Positions 34,820 to 49,240 of a stretch of 58,624 bases of DNA are shown here, piece by piece. The stretch comes from Scyliorhinus canicula (Eukaryota). Position numbers and translations under genes: made by a program. The number at the start of each line of letters is the position of its first letter. Position 1 is the first letter of the stretch. The notes beneath the pieces are model-generated. The model worked only from the letters and a program-made list of their open reading frames with translations. It was not told where the DNA came from and searched no databases. The stretch covers positions 110,393,187 through 110,451,810 of the forward strand of contig NC_052162.1 of NCBI RefSeq assembly GCF_902713615.1. Direction: 5' to 3'.

Positions 34820-36835
34820 TAATTAAGAACTCAGCAACCAACTTAAATAAGTATGGCACCACCGCCACAGACTTGATCAGCAAATGTGTGGACGACTGTG
34901 TGCCAAAGAAAGCAGTACATACTTTCCCCACTGGAAACCATGGCTCAATCGCGAGATTGACTATCTACTGAAGGACAGGTCTGAGGCGTTCAAGTTAGGC
35001 GACGCTCACCAATACCTGAAATTGAGGTACGACTTCCGCACGGCCATCCGAGATGCAAAGAGCGAAGAGCGTTACAGACTCTCGGCGGTTATGGCAAGAC
35101 ATAAGCAAAATAATGGGCTACAAAGCGAAGCCAAGCAATATTTCCAGCAGCGGCGAATCCCTCGCCGATGAACTCAGTGCATTGCAGGTTTGATTCAAGC
35201 AGCAAACTAACAACCCGCTGTTGTGTGCCCCGGAAGCCCCTAAAACACCCATACCCACCATCACAGCTTCCAAAGTCAGATTGGCTTTCCTGAAAGTGAA
35301 CCCTCAGAACGCGACGGATCTGGACGGGATCTCTGGTCATGCACTCAGAGCCTGCGTGGACCAGCTGGCAGATGTGTTCGGGGACATCTTTAACGTGTCT
35401 CTACTCCGCTCCGAGGTCCCCACCTGCTTCAAGAAGAACACAATCATACCGGTGCCAAAGAAGACCAAGACAACGTGCCTCAATGACTACCACCCTGTGG
35501 CCCTAACGTCAGTCATAATGAAGTGCTTTGAGAGGTTGATAATGAAGCGCATCATGTCCGTATACGCAGAATGCCTTGATCCACTGCAATTCGCATACGG
35601 CTGAAAACTGGTCCACAGCAGACGCCACCTCTGTGACCCTACACTCATCCCGAGAGCATCTCGACAACAAGAACTCATACATCAAACTCCTATCTATTGA
35701 CTACAGCTCCGCCTTCAACACCAAAATCCCAGCCAAGCTCATATCATAGTTCAAAAAGCAAGGACTTGGCTCCTCTCTCTGCAACTGGATCCTCGACTTT
35801 CTGACCCACAGACCACAATCAGTAAGAATAAACACAACATCTCCTCCACAATAGTCCTCAATACCGGGCCCCGCAATGCTGCGTACGTAGACCCCTAATA
35901 TACGCCCTCTACACACACGACTGCGTGGCATAATTTGGTTCTAACTCCATCTACACGTTTGCTGATGATACGACCATAGCGGGCCAGATCTCGAATGACG
36001 ACGAATCAGAATACAGGAGGGAGATACAGATTCTAGTGGAGTGGTGCAGCGAAAACAATCTCTCCCTCAATGCCAGCAAAACTAAAGAGCTGGTTATTGA
36101 CTTCAGGAAGCAAATGACTTCATGTCAGCATCAATGGGGTCGAGGTGGAGATGGTGAGCAGTTTCAAATACCAAATCTCCAAATAGCTGTCCTGGTCCAC
36201 CAACGTCGATGCTACCACCAAGAAAGCACAACAGCGCCTATACTTCCTCAGGAAACTAAGGAAATTCGGCACATCCACATGAACTCTTACCCACTTTTAC
36301 AGATGCACCATAAAAATCATCCTATCTGTTCGGCCGTTGGACAGCCTGGTATGGCAACTGCTCGTACAAAGAGCGTAAGTAACTTCAGAAAGTCGTGAAC
36401 ACCGCCCAATCAATCACACGACACTGCCTCCCATTAATTGACTCCATCTGCACCTTCTGCTGCCTGGGGAAAGCGGGCAGCATAATTAACGACCCCTCTC
36501 ACCCGGCTTACTCCTCCAGCTTCTTCCATCGGGCAGGAGATACAAAAGTCTGAGAACACGCACGAACAGACTCAAAAACAGCTTCTTTCCCACTGTTACA
36601 CGACTCCTAAACGACCCTCTTATGGACTGACCTCATTAACACTACACCCCTGTATGCTTCACCCGATGCCGGTCTTACGTAGTTACATTGTGTACCTTGT
36701 GTTGCCCTATTAGTATTTTCTTTTATTTCCTTTTCTTTTCATGTACTTAATGATCTGTTGAGCTGCTCGTAGAAAAATACTTTTCACTGTACCTTGGTAC
36801 ACGTGACAATAAACAAAATCTAAATCTAAATCCAA
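34820..36835 (+). mobile_element. Rex1/Babar-clade LINE, 5'-truncated and decayed
   Basis: Peptides VPTCFKKNTIIPVPKK..CLNDYHPVALTSVIMKCFERLI, WCSENNLSLNASKTKELVIDFRK and KAQQRLYFLRKL. The tail is (AAATCT)n. Confidence 0.85.
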
Positions 36836-36839
36836 ATCA

Positions 36840-37135
36840 TTGCTCGTGGAAGAGGTCTTTGAAATTTATGAGGCAGAGGGGGCGGGGACGAATATAATTT
36901 CCCGCACGGGACCTACGGGGTGGGAATACCTCTCTTCTCCATGCTCCTCTGGGAGTACGAGGTCCCCCGCCAGGGGCGGCCTATCTCGTTAATCATTGTA
37001 TAAAAGGTCGGCCACTATGGCTCCGACGAGAGAACCCAGCAAGGATCTACCGGTTATTGTACATATTGTTCTTGTAAATAAACTTTATTTAACTCGGTTT
37101 GGACTTCCTCTTGTCTTTATTAAATAAACTAACTC
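36840..37135 (+). mobile_element. Possible solo LTR
   Basis: GC-rich segment followed by TATAAAA (about 36999) and AATAAA (about 37078). No PBS or partner LTR was found. Confidence 0.3.
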
Positions 37136-37549
37136 ACGCCACCGTAAAATCCACTGGCGGAGGTGCACTGCTGACCTGACCAGGTAATCACATCCCAAGA
37201 TCTTACATCTTTTGTAGAATAACCCTTCACGTGTTACAGACAGTAACTGGTGATTGCTGTCCGTGCACTTCTCTAAAATTAGGATACTAATGTACCTGTG
37301 CCTGCGTCTCCTGTGATTTATTACCCCTCATTCCTGAAATTAGCCAAGAGCTTCATTATATTTGTATTGAACAGTTTACAATATGGCAGAAATAAAAATA
37401 AACAGGAGTACACAAGAAGTGGCAATGAGAACAATATGGTTTAATTTACTAAACCCCTTTTTCCATGTGGAAATTAATGGCTTGTACCGTTTTACAATGG
37501 ACGCGTTTTTGTTGCATAAATGTTTTGCTTCACGATTCTTATAACAAAG

Positions 37550-37805
37550 TCGTCATAGTCTGTGTGGAGTTTACGAATCCTCCCCGTGTCTGCGGGGATT
37601 TACTGCAGTTGTTCTGGTTTCTCCCCACAGTCCAAAGGTGTACGTGGTACCTGCAATGACCATGCTAATTGTCCCCCATGTCCAAATATGTTTACGTTAG
37701 ATACGGTTACCTACACCTCGATGCAGGGCTCTTTCAGAGAGTCGATACAGACTGGTAGGGTCGAATGACGTCCTTCTGCATTGTAGCAATTTGCTGATTC
37801 TATGA
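37550..37805 (+). mobile_element. Degenerate SINE
   Basis: V core and decayed tail. Confidence 0.65.
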
Positions 37806-38974
37806 AAATATGTACAACATGGGCAGTTATGTACATGCAGCAAACACCTGCAATACGAGCAGAAATGAGTTACTCGGCCCTTCGAGAGGGCTCTGCAATT
37901 CCATAAGGGCCGGAATTGTCCACTCCCCTCGCCGCATATTTCTTGGCGACGCCGTTTGCTGATGGTGGGATTCTATCCTCCCGCTGATTATCAATGGGAT
38001 GTCCAATTAAAATCGCCGTACACCAGCGCGAACGACGCCGGCCGATGTGCGCTGCCAATGGGAAAAGTGAATCCCAACGACCTGGGAATGCTGGCTACAT
38101 TGCTTTAAATTCCAAATTCCTGTGTATTCCGATAAACTTTCATTCCCTGCATCACAAGAATCTATCTATCTCCGCTTCATAAATGTTAAATATCTCCATT
38201 TCTATAGACTTCTGAAGCAGAGTTCAAAAGTTGATCCTGCGGTCCCATAACCACCTGTTTCTCAGTGGCGGGTCGTTCGCCTTTGGTGGGATTCTATACT
38301 CCATCGTTAATAGGGCTTCCCAGTGCAGCTACTCCAAGGACATGGAACCCCGTTGGCAGGCATACGCTGCAGGGGAAAGTGAATTGCAAATATCTCCTAA
38401 TCTATATCCTAAAAGGGCGATCCATAATTTAAAGAATGCTCCTGAGTTCTGCACTCACGCACAGGCGGAAATGCATTCTTCTCGTCCAATTTGTCAAATC
38501 AATTCAGGATCTTATTGACTGCAATCAAATTACCTCACTCTTCTGAACTCCAGAGGAAGCAGATCCACCATGCCCCTTATATTGTTCTGATACAACAACG
38601 TATTCCAGGAACCAAGCAAGTGAATCAAATCCAATGCATTTGGATCGTTCCTCAAATAAACGAGATCAAAGCTGCACAAAATATTTTAAAAGGGATTGAC
38701 TTAGGAATAGACCGGACATTGGTTTCATTTCCCCATGTTATCCAATTGAATTGCTCGTGTTCTGAGCTTGGTCATTTAGGAGAGATGGTAACAGTCAAAC
38801 ACATTGTTGTGAATATGGATTCTCATGTAAACAGGGCTGGATTAGGATGGCAGATTTCTTTCCATAAGCAGCATTTGAGAACTAGATGGGGTTTTTCATA
38901 AAAATTGATTATAGTTTCATGGTCACCATTGCTAAGAATAACTTTCATTTCTAGATTCATGAATTGAACTGATT

Positions 38975-39826
38975 TCCACAAGCGGATTTACAACAGGACA
39001 TTGACAGGATGCAGAGCTGGGCTGAGAAGTGGCAGATGGAGTTCAACCTTGATAAATGTGAAGTGATTCATATTGGAAGGTTGAGTTTGAATGCTGAATA
39101 CAGGGTTAAAGGCAGGATTCTTGGAAGTGTGGAGGAACAGAGGGATCTTGGGGTCCACGTACATAGATCCCTCAAAGTTGCCACCCAGGTTGATAGGGTT
39201 GTTAAGAAGGCGTATGGTGTGTTGGCTTTCATTAACAGGGGCATTGAGTTTAAGAGCCGCGACGTTTTACTGCAGCTTTATAAAACTCTAGTTAGACCAC
39301 ACTTTGAATATTGTGTCCAGTTCTGGTCGCCTTATTATAGGAAGGATGTGGATACTTTGGGGAGGGTACAGAGGAGATTTATCAGGATGCTGCCTGGACT
39401 GGAGGGCATGTCTTATGAAGAATCGTTGAGGGAGCTAGGGCTTTTCTCACTGGAGCGAAGAAGGCAGAGGTGACTTGATGGAGGTGGACAAGGTGATGAG
39501 AGGCATGGATAGAGTGGATAGCCAGATACTTTTTCCCAGGGTGGACATGGCTGTCACGAGGGGATATAATGTTAAGGTGATTGGAGGAAGGTAAAGGGGC
39601 GATGTCAGAGGTAGGTTCTTTACACAGAGTGGTGGGTGTGTGGAATGCACTGCCAGCAGAAGTGGTGGAGTTAGAGACATTAGGGACATTTAAGCTGCTC
39701 TTAGACAGGCACATGGGCAGCCGTAAATTGAATGGGTGAAGGATACTTTGATCTTAGATTAGGATAAATGGTCGGCGCAACATCGTGGGCCGAAGGGCCT
39801 GAAGTGTGCTGTACTGTTCTATGTTC
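38975..39826 (+). mobile_element. 3' fragment of a CR1 (HER1-type) LINE
   Basis: QSWAEKWQMEFNLDKCEV...YKTLVRPHFEYCVQFWSP, with tail GGGCCGAAGGGCCTG...GTTCTATGTTC. Confidence 0.92.
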
Positions 39827-42800
39827 CATGACTAAGTAGATCTGACCCCGTGTGCGCAAATCTTTGGCCTGCACCTCTGAATTTTTAGCCCAGTGACATT
39901 ACACCTGATCCAACATCTCCTTACAACTGGTAAACTGTGGTCCTTCCGGAGACGCTCATATGCCAGGAACTATTACTGACCTGTCAGACGGTCTATCTTC
40001 TGCTATCTATCCGTTGAAGAAATATAGGAGGCCTGAGTAGGCATGGCAAGAGAAAAGTAAAGTGATTGCCGAAAGAGACATGTTGATCATAACTCACTGC
40101 TGCGCCCTACTATATGACTGCGTAATGATGTGAAAGTGTGGATCCGCGTGCAACAACGCCGGCTATAAACACTCGCTGTTCTAGCTTCGTTGTCCAAGCG
40201 TCTGTTCAATTTCCCGCTGACTATAAAACCCACAAACTTAACCAACACTGATATTCACTTGACCAGCATGTGCCTGCTAGGTGTGCACTTCAATTAATAT
40301 TCTTCAATCGTTTGAAACCTGGCGCACATACAAGCAGATATCAATAGTAAGACACACCCTTCCAACATCTCCAACACTACTTGGTTGAGCAACACGGATG
40401 CAGGCCATTCGTTGAAATGGACACGTCTGATTGCAACATTACCAGACTTTCCAGTGTCTCGTCACATTGTCGCTTTACCTGGCTCGTTTTTCTGCCTATA
40501 TATTTTAAGAATCATCATACTCTGTAAATACCGGTACAAAGGAACCTAATTTACTATTTCAGCGATTCTCCTGCAGCTCCAAGAAAATATCACCCGCGTT
40601 ATCCTAATAGAACTCGCCATACTCTTATTACCCCCTTAATTGTCACATCCGTTCGATGATCTTGAGGTTCCCTTTTTTGTTGTCTATAATTCTATTGTCA
40701 TATAATTTATTACCCCCTTCACTGTCCTTGCAAACAATACTATTTGACCTAAAGCCTATTTAAACCATTAATCTCACATGCACTACAGACATGAATTGTT
40801 GTTTGGCGGTTATATTTTTATAACTGCCACAATGCCATTCTCTCTGTTACTATACCCATTGCTGGAATTTACCGATCGAGTACCAGAAGCATCTCTTCGT
40901 TCGAGTTCATCGTTTTTATGTTGCCGTCTCTACAGTCAGTCTCTGATTCCAGTCTCACCCGCCTCGGCCCGTTCTCTTTGCAATCATTCCTCCTTCACAC
41001 TGGACCATCGTTGTGATATTTTCCCACACTCTTCTTCACTACTGATCTAAGCTTTGTGGCACATTAGACATTCTTTCTCAAATATGCCTCACATTCATTT
41101 GTTCCACTTTCCAATTTCCAGGGACACTTACTGTAATATTTTCGGAATCGATAATTGTGTAATTACAAACTCTCAAAATCATTACTTAATAGTTGCATGC
41201 CTTTGTGAATTCATTCCACTTTTGGACTTCAATGTATTTTTTATTACATCATGGTTCATAATTTGCCCCAACTGGCGTGAACTTACGTTTTTGTTGCTCA
41301 GTTTTAACCAAAAGAACACTATCCTTGCTCACTCAACGCCATCACGTCTTTCGAGCACTTCTGTTTTTCGCCATAAGTGCAGCAAACCGAAATTTATGTT
41401 TCCTTCAATACCTTCGCGTTCCACATCATATCTATGTACATTAATCGTCAATTCCTCATCGGTACATGGCACGTTTTTGCTGTTGCTGATACATTCGTAT
41501 CTCCAAAGTTTTTTTTTTGTCTTTCTACCTTACCACAATTATTCGCCACAGTTTATGTGATTGGTGCTTACATTATATTTTCTTCCCCGTCCTTCTTATT
41601 CTGCTTCAAACTAACGTGAGAATACTTTCTTTTGGAGTGCTGCTCAGCATTCCATGTTCATACAACTGATGCATATTTTCTGTTTCTCTCTACTGTTCCC
41701 AGCGCACGACAACTTAAGTTACAAACTCTCCAAACATCGACGTGATCCTTCCCGCAAAGAATCTGATCTGAGCCCTGTTTACTATAAATTTATTTAACAC
41801 ATACTCAATGTCCCACAGATTACCCTTTTGTTCCATGAATCTGAAAAACTCCCTCCTGCACCACACTTAAAATCATACGTTGCTCGTTCCTATAATCTTC
41901 ATTCAGCTCTGGTCAGTGCATGGCAACAAGAGCAAGGCGCAGAATATTACCGTCGAGGTACGACCTTTTGACAGTTACTTGAGAACAAGAATAAACCATT
42001 TGGACTATTGAAGCTGCTAGAATTGGTGCATTTTTTTTTGAAAAATTAGAGCGGGAATCATGAACCGCCAGACCCACAAATGAGCAAAAGAACACTGTCG
42101 GGTTGAGTCAGTGGGGAGGGGCCCTGACAGTTTCTAACATCTGTTTCTGATCCCATTAAGTCACACTTCATGTCAGGCATGGGTAAGAAACGAAATTGCT
42201 GTTAGATATCAGAGAAATCCAGCATCAAATCGTTGGAGACATTGTTCTAGGGCGGTGAGGAGGGTATAGTCATATGACATATGGAGACGTGGTGGTCAGA
42301 ATTGTAATCACGGTGGTCAGGGCTGTTGCCGGGGGTGGAGGGGAGGGCGCTCGGTGGCAGCCAAAGCATCTGGAGAGATAATCGGCGATTGGTGCTGGAG
42401 GTGTCTGGAAGTATTTGAGGAGTTGGGGTGTAGCCGACGGCTGTTTTCGATATTGACGAAGGTAGGGTTCTAGTCGTCGGCTGAGGAGTAGATTGGATCA
42501 GCAGGGTTATCTGAGGAGTTGGATGGATTATAGCTAGTATTCAAATGTTTTTAGGGGTAGGGAGGATATTGGAGTGATGACGGACTGAGAAGTCTAAGGG
42601 TCTAGAGGTAATAGCCGTCTCAGCATTTTAGTTACCAAGGAGATTTTTGTTCTTCAATCTTCTCCTGGGAACTATACCAGTGATGGTAATGAAAATCGCA
42701 AGAGCCCGAGATGACCTTCGAGGGGGAGAACTGGCTGGTAGTGATTTGACCTGAGGGTCACCATAACTCAGCGAGGGGCAAGGTTGAGATGGCGGGGCTT

Positions 42801-43760
42801 TCATTAATAACCTCAGCTGTTACGGGAATTGAGTCCGCGCTGTTGGCCTCGCTGTACATTACGAACCAGCTTTACGTTTTCCAAACGTTCATATGATTGT
42901 AGGCCAACAATTGTAAAGATTGCATAATTCGTGAACAGTCAGGGTATCTCCTGTGAATGGGAAAAGAAAAGAAAGATCCCGAGATCATTGAATGGATGGA
43001 AAGTCTGATGAACGTCAAAAGGACAGAACCAAAGCTCTGAAATGGTAGACAAGTGGCAAAAGAGGTTCAGTGCAAAGTACTATGAATAATATAATTTGGT
43101 AGAAAGGCACAGGAGATTTACTGTAGAGCCAACAGCAGAACACTAAAATGAGTGCCTGAATATAACTTGACTAAATTGGACGTGTTAGCCTTGAATATAG
43201 CTGCTTTAGTGGACCTTCTCGCAAGCTGAAATTGAGCTCCCATATTCATTAAAACGCGCTGACCTAGTAATGTCATTGAAAATATTCGTGCAATACTGGG
43301 CCTGTGAATACCGATTGTACACTTAATCCACTTAACTGAAACTTTCCACAATCAAACTACAGATAGTCGCGTTAAACTTTATTGTTCAGCATCACAGAAA
43401 CGTGGGAGCGGGTTTCTCCTGATCAGTGACCACACAGATTCAAGAATGGTCAGAAGTGATATCTTCACTCCGTTTATCAGGAAACAAATATTGTTCAGGA
43501 GTAAATAACTCCTCGTTTGACCTGACTTTGAATTTCTGGTCATTATCTTCTTACAAATGAAAAAGTAAATTGACTGTGATAATTCTGGAAATTTCATTTT
43601 ACAACCCTGTCATAACAGATTAAAACATTCAATTGAAACATAAAAAGCAACCGGCTGCCATGCGCGTGTCTGTTATTTTCACAAATCATTTAATTAATGT
43701 AAAAAAACAACAAAACATCTAATTATTTCCCAGGAGCCTGACATGAGGTATAATTAAGAC

Positions 43761-43875
43761 ATGCTTTCAGTGCAGTACAAAAATAACCGTGAGCTTCTGA
43801 CAGAAATGCACGGAGTACAAAGAGGTCTGGAGTTTGCTATTTACTACCCTGCCCTGGCAGTTATTGGCGTTCCAG
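43761..43875 (+). CDS. GPR139/GPR142-like class A GPCR, exon 1 (alternative start ATG at 43806)
   Basis: Frame ...MHGVQRGLEFAIYYPALAVIGVP with phase-1 donor CCAG|GTAAAG. It joins exon 2 in frame to complete TM1. Confidence 0.75.
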
Positions 43876-44169
43876 GTAAAGTATTGTAGTTGCGCGTTAA
43901 TTATGTGGATTAGGTTGAGCTCCTTCAAATCCCCTCTATAACCAGTAACGCTCCTCCACGGTAGAGATATTTGACACCATTAAATGGGATATATTTGTAG
44001 TCTTTGAAGAGTTTCCTTATCTTAATTGGTATAATCCTTTCTCTTCATCATCATTCTTCTACATTGACGGTATAATTCGCCATTCAAAGTTCTAATGTAT
44101 CCAATATGCTGATTATAATATATAGCCACGAAATGTATATTTTCTCCTCTTAAACTGTGTCATTCAATA

Positions 44170-45860
44170 CTTTAAACATGTATTATTTTGTATTCACTTC
44201 CGGTGTGTGGGCGTCGCTGGATAGCGCACCGTTTATTGACTAACCTGATTTTCTCTTCAGAAGATTGGGGTTAGCTGCATTTTGGAACCTCCTTATTGCA
44301 TGTGGTGTAAGTATATTCAAAGTGTTGTTACAGAGTGAATTCCCGGATTTTGACACAGGATTTTGAAGTCAGGAACGGCGATTCGTTTACAAGTCGGGGC
44401 TGGTATAGCTCACTGGAGTGGCTATACCAGCACAAGAAGGCCTGCAGCGCGCGTTCAATTCCCGTACCCTTGCGTGTATCCGAACAGGCACCAGAGTGTG
44501 GCGATGAGGGGCTTTTCACAGTAACTTCATTGCAGTATTAATGTAAGCCTACTTGTGACAATGTAGATAACTGTTAGAAATCAGGATGATCAGCGTCTTG
44601 CGGGGCAACGTCCAGTTGCTGATCCCCCAATGTATCTGCTAACATTGTCCTCTAATTTAATCGTGGTTGGCGCTGCCTAAGGAACCTTGGTGAGTTCCTG
44701 CGGTGCATCTTGTTGGTGGGAGACTGGGAGACACTGCAGTCCCTGTTCGATGGTGGTAAACAGAGTGAATGTGTACGAAATGTGGTGTATATCAAGCACA
44801 CTGGTATTCCCCGGAAGGTGTAGACAATTTTGATAGTTGTTGGAGCTGTACTCATTCAAGCAATTGTGAAGAACATTGTATCACATGCTTTACTTTTCCC
44901 ATTAATGAATCAGGAGCTAATTGAACCTGACTGAGGGCAAACAGAGCGTCAGCGAATAGGCTATTGCGAATCAAATGCAGCTTGATTGCTCGCTAATTAC
45001 CCTTTCCATCATTTTACTGATGGTCAGTCCTAGCCTCATGAGGTAATTGTCCTGGTTTGACGTGCCATGTTTCTTGTGCACAAGACATACCTGGACAATT
45101 TTTCACATTAAAGGTTTGATGCCAGATGTGCAGTGGAGCACATTTGCTAAGGATGTAGTAAGTTCTGAAGCACAGGTTTTCAATACTTTTGCTGAAAAAC
45201 TGTCGAGGCCTATAGCTTCTGCGGTACCTGATAGCTTCAGCGTCTCGTCATATCACGTGGCCAGGATTGCATTAGATGTTGACTGAAACCTGCGCACCTG
45301 GGTAGCTCCGGAAGAGGTCGTGATGTATCATCCAAGCAGAACGTCTGTCTGAGGATTGTTGCGAGTACTTTAGCCTTATCTTTTGGACTGATTTTCTGGG
45401 CTCTCCTATCTTCGGGTACGGGCATACTTGTCTAGTCTCCTCTCCTCTTCGAGTCAGTTTTATTTATTTGTCCCCCACCATTCTCTACCGGATTTAACAG
45501 TAATGTTAGTCAGATGTATTGGCTGTTGAAGCGGTTAGCTGCTTATGTTAGTTGGCACACAGGTAGTCCTTTCATGTAGCTTCAACTGACTGACAACATT
45601 TGTTAAGCTGTGTGTGTTTTTTTTCATCCTGTCATGCCACTTGCATTCTTTATTGAACCACGATTGATTCCCAGGGTTGTTGTTGATAGTAGAGTCAGGC
45701 CTTGACGTTCCAGACCTTGACGATACAGATTGTGGATGAGTACAATTCTACTGTTACTGATGGCTCACATTGCCTCGGGAATACCCAGTATTGTGTTGAT
45801 AGGTATGTTAGAAATCAATCTTTTTTAACACGTTGCTCCTGCCACACAACACAATGGAGA
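44170..45860 (-). mobile_element. Decayed CR1/L2-type LINE fragments in the GPCR intron
   Basis: Reverse complement of the family at 2690-5685 (3' end, STAPTT motif, AQVCLVHKKH). Confidence 0.75.
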
Positions 45861-47146
45861 ATATTTTAACGTATTATTTCAGGATATTACGATATTACAA
45901 TCCTTTATAAGCACAATTTCATCACGGTTTTCTCAGAAAAATATATTACTGTTGTGTTCCTCTTAGTGAGTGAATTGGAATACTGTTCTCACAATATACA
46001 TGCAATTCTGTTATCTTATGGAAAAATACATTGTGGGTGAATTGCCACAATTTAATTATCATGTAAACGTGGCATCGGCAGTGTTCATGGGGTACATATT
46101 CGCAGTGTTATTCCACGCCACGGCAAATATCCACCTCGAAGATTGGAACTATCAACCAGTCCTGAATACATTTAATGTAGGGACGTTATTTGACAGGAAG
46201 ATTTCGAAAAGTCTATAAACAACGCAAACAGTTGTACTTCGATGAATAATTGGTATTAACCCCTCACATCTCAAACTCGCTGTTTCAACGGGTTCTCAAC
46301 TTCCACAAATGCAGCCGCTGAAGGTTCCAATTTCGCCATTCCTTGTTGTGGAATTCCCTTTTCATCCCAACAATGACAATGCCTCGGATGGTTCGCATCT
46401 TCACGGTCTTCAGCAAGGCTCCATAAATCGCGCTATCCTCACTTTGCATCAATTATTCACGACAGAGGGAATCATATCATGCATCCCGTTAGTGTCGCGC
46501 AGCACTGAAGAATCGTTGTGTTGCAGAGGTCTCACCATCTGTAAGCTCCTTCTTTTCAGATGCCGCCAGAGATCGCAGGGTGGTTTTCAAGTAAAAAGCT
46601 CGAATCTCCCTTTACATTTTACTCAACAGTCAGAGAAACATTAATTCTCCATTCACCTCCCTCTGCAAGCTAACAGTTGATACCCCAACCATTAATTAAT
46701 TGTGCAGGATGTATTTATAAAGAAACTGTCCTGCTCTTTACAAATGTATAATCTGTGTTCTTGCTTGTTTCATAATTCTTGATGATTCTTTTGCTACTTA
46801 CCCACTTCGATAGATGTTTCTTTTTTATTTTCTTCGCTGTTGTTCTTCTTGCTTTCGTGTATTCCAGTCATCTGCATCATTTTCAATATGCTTTCCTTTC
46901 CTTCCCGTTTGCCATTATGTCTCCATTGTACATTTTGAATTGTTTGTAATTATCATCTCTTACTTTAATCAAAATTAGTATTTTAAACATGGAGATAATT
47001 GACGATAGCCAAGGGTATCATTTCGAACCGAGTTTAAAGTTTCACAGAGATGTGAAGCAGATGATGTTGTTTGGAGTCGAATAGCCAACGTCTTTCGTCC
47101 AATCTCTCTCTCAAATACACACAATCTCTGACTATTTTTATTACAG

Positions 47147-48057
47147 CTAACTTGACAGTGATTGTGATCCTGTCTCGAAGAAGATGTGGTCTCTCTGGAT
47201 GCATCACTTATTATTTGGTGTCTATGGTTGTGTCGGATCTCTTTGTTATGGTGACGGCTGTAATATTAAACCGGATTGCAGGAATTTATTTCCCAATCAG
47301 TTTCCTGTCTATTACACCAATGTGTAGTCTCCGTTCTGTATTGAATTATGGAGCTATAGACAGTTCGGCCTGGTTCACTGTCGCTTTCACCTTTGATCGA
47401 TTTGTGGCCATTTGTTGCCAGAAGCTCAAAATTAAATATTGCACCGAGAAAACAGCAGCATATGTCATTGGAACCTTGGCCATATTGATCTGTATAAAAA
47501 GTGTCTTATTGTATTTTATATATGAACCGCGATACGTGATTGACAATATACCATGGTTCTGCAGCGTGAAAAAAATATTTTATATGTCCACTGTTTGGAC
47601 AGCACTAGATTGGATCCGCCCCATATTAAATCCTTTTATCCCATTCATCCTGATTTTACTACTCAATGCTCTGACCGTCAGACACATTCTAGTGGCCAAT
47701 AGAGCCCGTAAGAGACTCCGGATCCAGAGCAATGAAGAGAATCACGGTGACCCAGAGTTGGAGAAGCGGAGAAAGTCCATGATTTTACTCTTTGCCATCT
47801 CGGGCAGTTTCATTCTGTTGTATTTGTTATTTTTTATAACTATCATCTATGTCCGAATTGAAAAAGTTACTTATTTCTCAGGTTCCGGTTTTAGCACATC
47901 AACATTTATTCTCGAGGAATACGGATTTATGCTTCAGTTTTTGAGCTCCGGCATCAACCCCTTTATTTATGCAGGGACCCAGAGTAAAATCAGAGCCGAG
48001 TTAAAGATTGGACTTAAATATCCACTAAGACAAATTGTTAAAATATTGAGAATTTGA
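47147..48057 (+). CDS. GPR139/GPR142-like class A GPCR, exon 2
   Basis: Acceptor TTTTATTACAG and an uninterrupted frame with seven hydrophobic segments. Motifs: SDL (TM2), AFTFDRFVAIC (DRY variant), PFIPFILILLLN (TM5) and INPFIY (NPxxY). Confidence 0.88.
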
Positions 48058-48149
48058 AAATGGGCACCATCCATCCACCTAACTGTCATCTATTTCCATC
48101 TATCTATCTATCTATCCATATTTATGTCCACCTATCTATACATCCATCT

Positions 48150-48468
48150 NNNNNNNNNNNNNNNNNNNNNNNNNNNNNNNNNNNNNNNNNNNNNNNNNNN
48201 NNNNNNNNNNNNNNNNNNNNNNNNNNNNNNNNNNNNNNNNNNNNNNNNNNNNNNNNNNNNNNNNNNNNNNNNNNNNNNNNNNNNNNNNNNNNNNNNNNNN
48301 NNNNNNNNNNNNNNNNNNNNNNNNNNNNNNNNNNNNNNNNNNNNNNNNNNNNNNNNNNNNNNNNNNNNNNNNNNNNNNNNNNNNNNNNNNNNNNNNNNNN
48401 NNNNNNNNNNNNNNNNNNNNNNNNNNNNNNNNNNNNNNNNNNNNNNNNNNNNNNNNNNNNNNNNNNNN
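48150..48468. other. Assembly gap (319 N) flanked by ATCT/ATCC microsatellite
   Basis: Run of N. Confidence 1.
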
Positions 48469-48984
48469 TCTATTTAGCTGCCTGTCTATGTTCTATTCGT
48501 CTATCCGTTAATGACAGCGCGATTTCTCAGCTGATGCAAACATTAATTGTGCCCATTTGATGGATATACATCTGCAGGCCTAGTATTAATTCAGTTAATA
48601 TATGAAAAATCTAGATTTTAATGCAATGTGTTTGTGACTATAAAATTGGCATCTATTATTCAAATGCTCATACATCATACAATTAGTTTTCATGTAACTG
48701 GGAACAGCATTAATAATACGTTAGAAGTTTAATTGAAATACTGTAACTTTTAGAATGTCACTCAAATTGTATAATGTTCCCATATAGTGCAGTGTTAATA
48801 AAATGCACTTGAGTATATATGAATTTATTTAAAATGCACAATAACTCACAATTTTTAGATTATTAAATAGTCTTTTTTTTTGTGCACAATTCATTCATTT
48901 TGTGGCGAGCGGGTTAGCCAGATCGTCCATTGAGATTTTCCAGCAATATTAGGTTTGGTTCTGTTGAATGTGTTTGTGGAGATG

Positions 48985-49240
48985 GCCGCACAATGGCGCT
49001 GTAGTTAGCACAGATCCCTCATGGAGCCGAAGACCAGGTTTGACTCCTGAGCTGGTCCACTGTCCGAGTGGAGTTTGCACATTCTTCCCGTGTCTGAGTT
49101 TGCTAATTCTCCCCTCCCCTCTTCTCCCCCCCCCCCCCCCCCCCCCACCTCACAATCCAGAGATGTGCAGAGTTCGTGGACTGGACGCACTAACTTGCCC
49201 CTTAATTGTAATAAAATAATTGGGTGCTCCAAATTTTCTT
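48985..49240 (+). mobile_element. Short SINE with A-rich tail type and internal poly-C
   Basis: Head, core and tail GCCCCTTAATTG...GGGTGCTCCAAATTTT. Confidence 0.7.

Noticed and set aside
41054-41560. 168-aa ORF
   Set aside because: No recognisable domain or splice context; it is probably the antisense of decayed repeat sequence.
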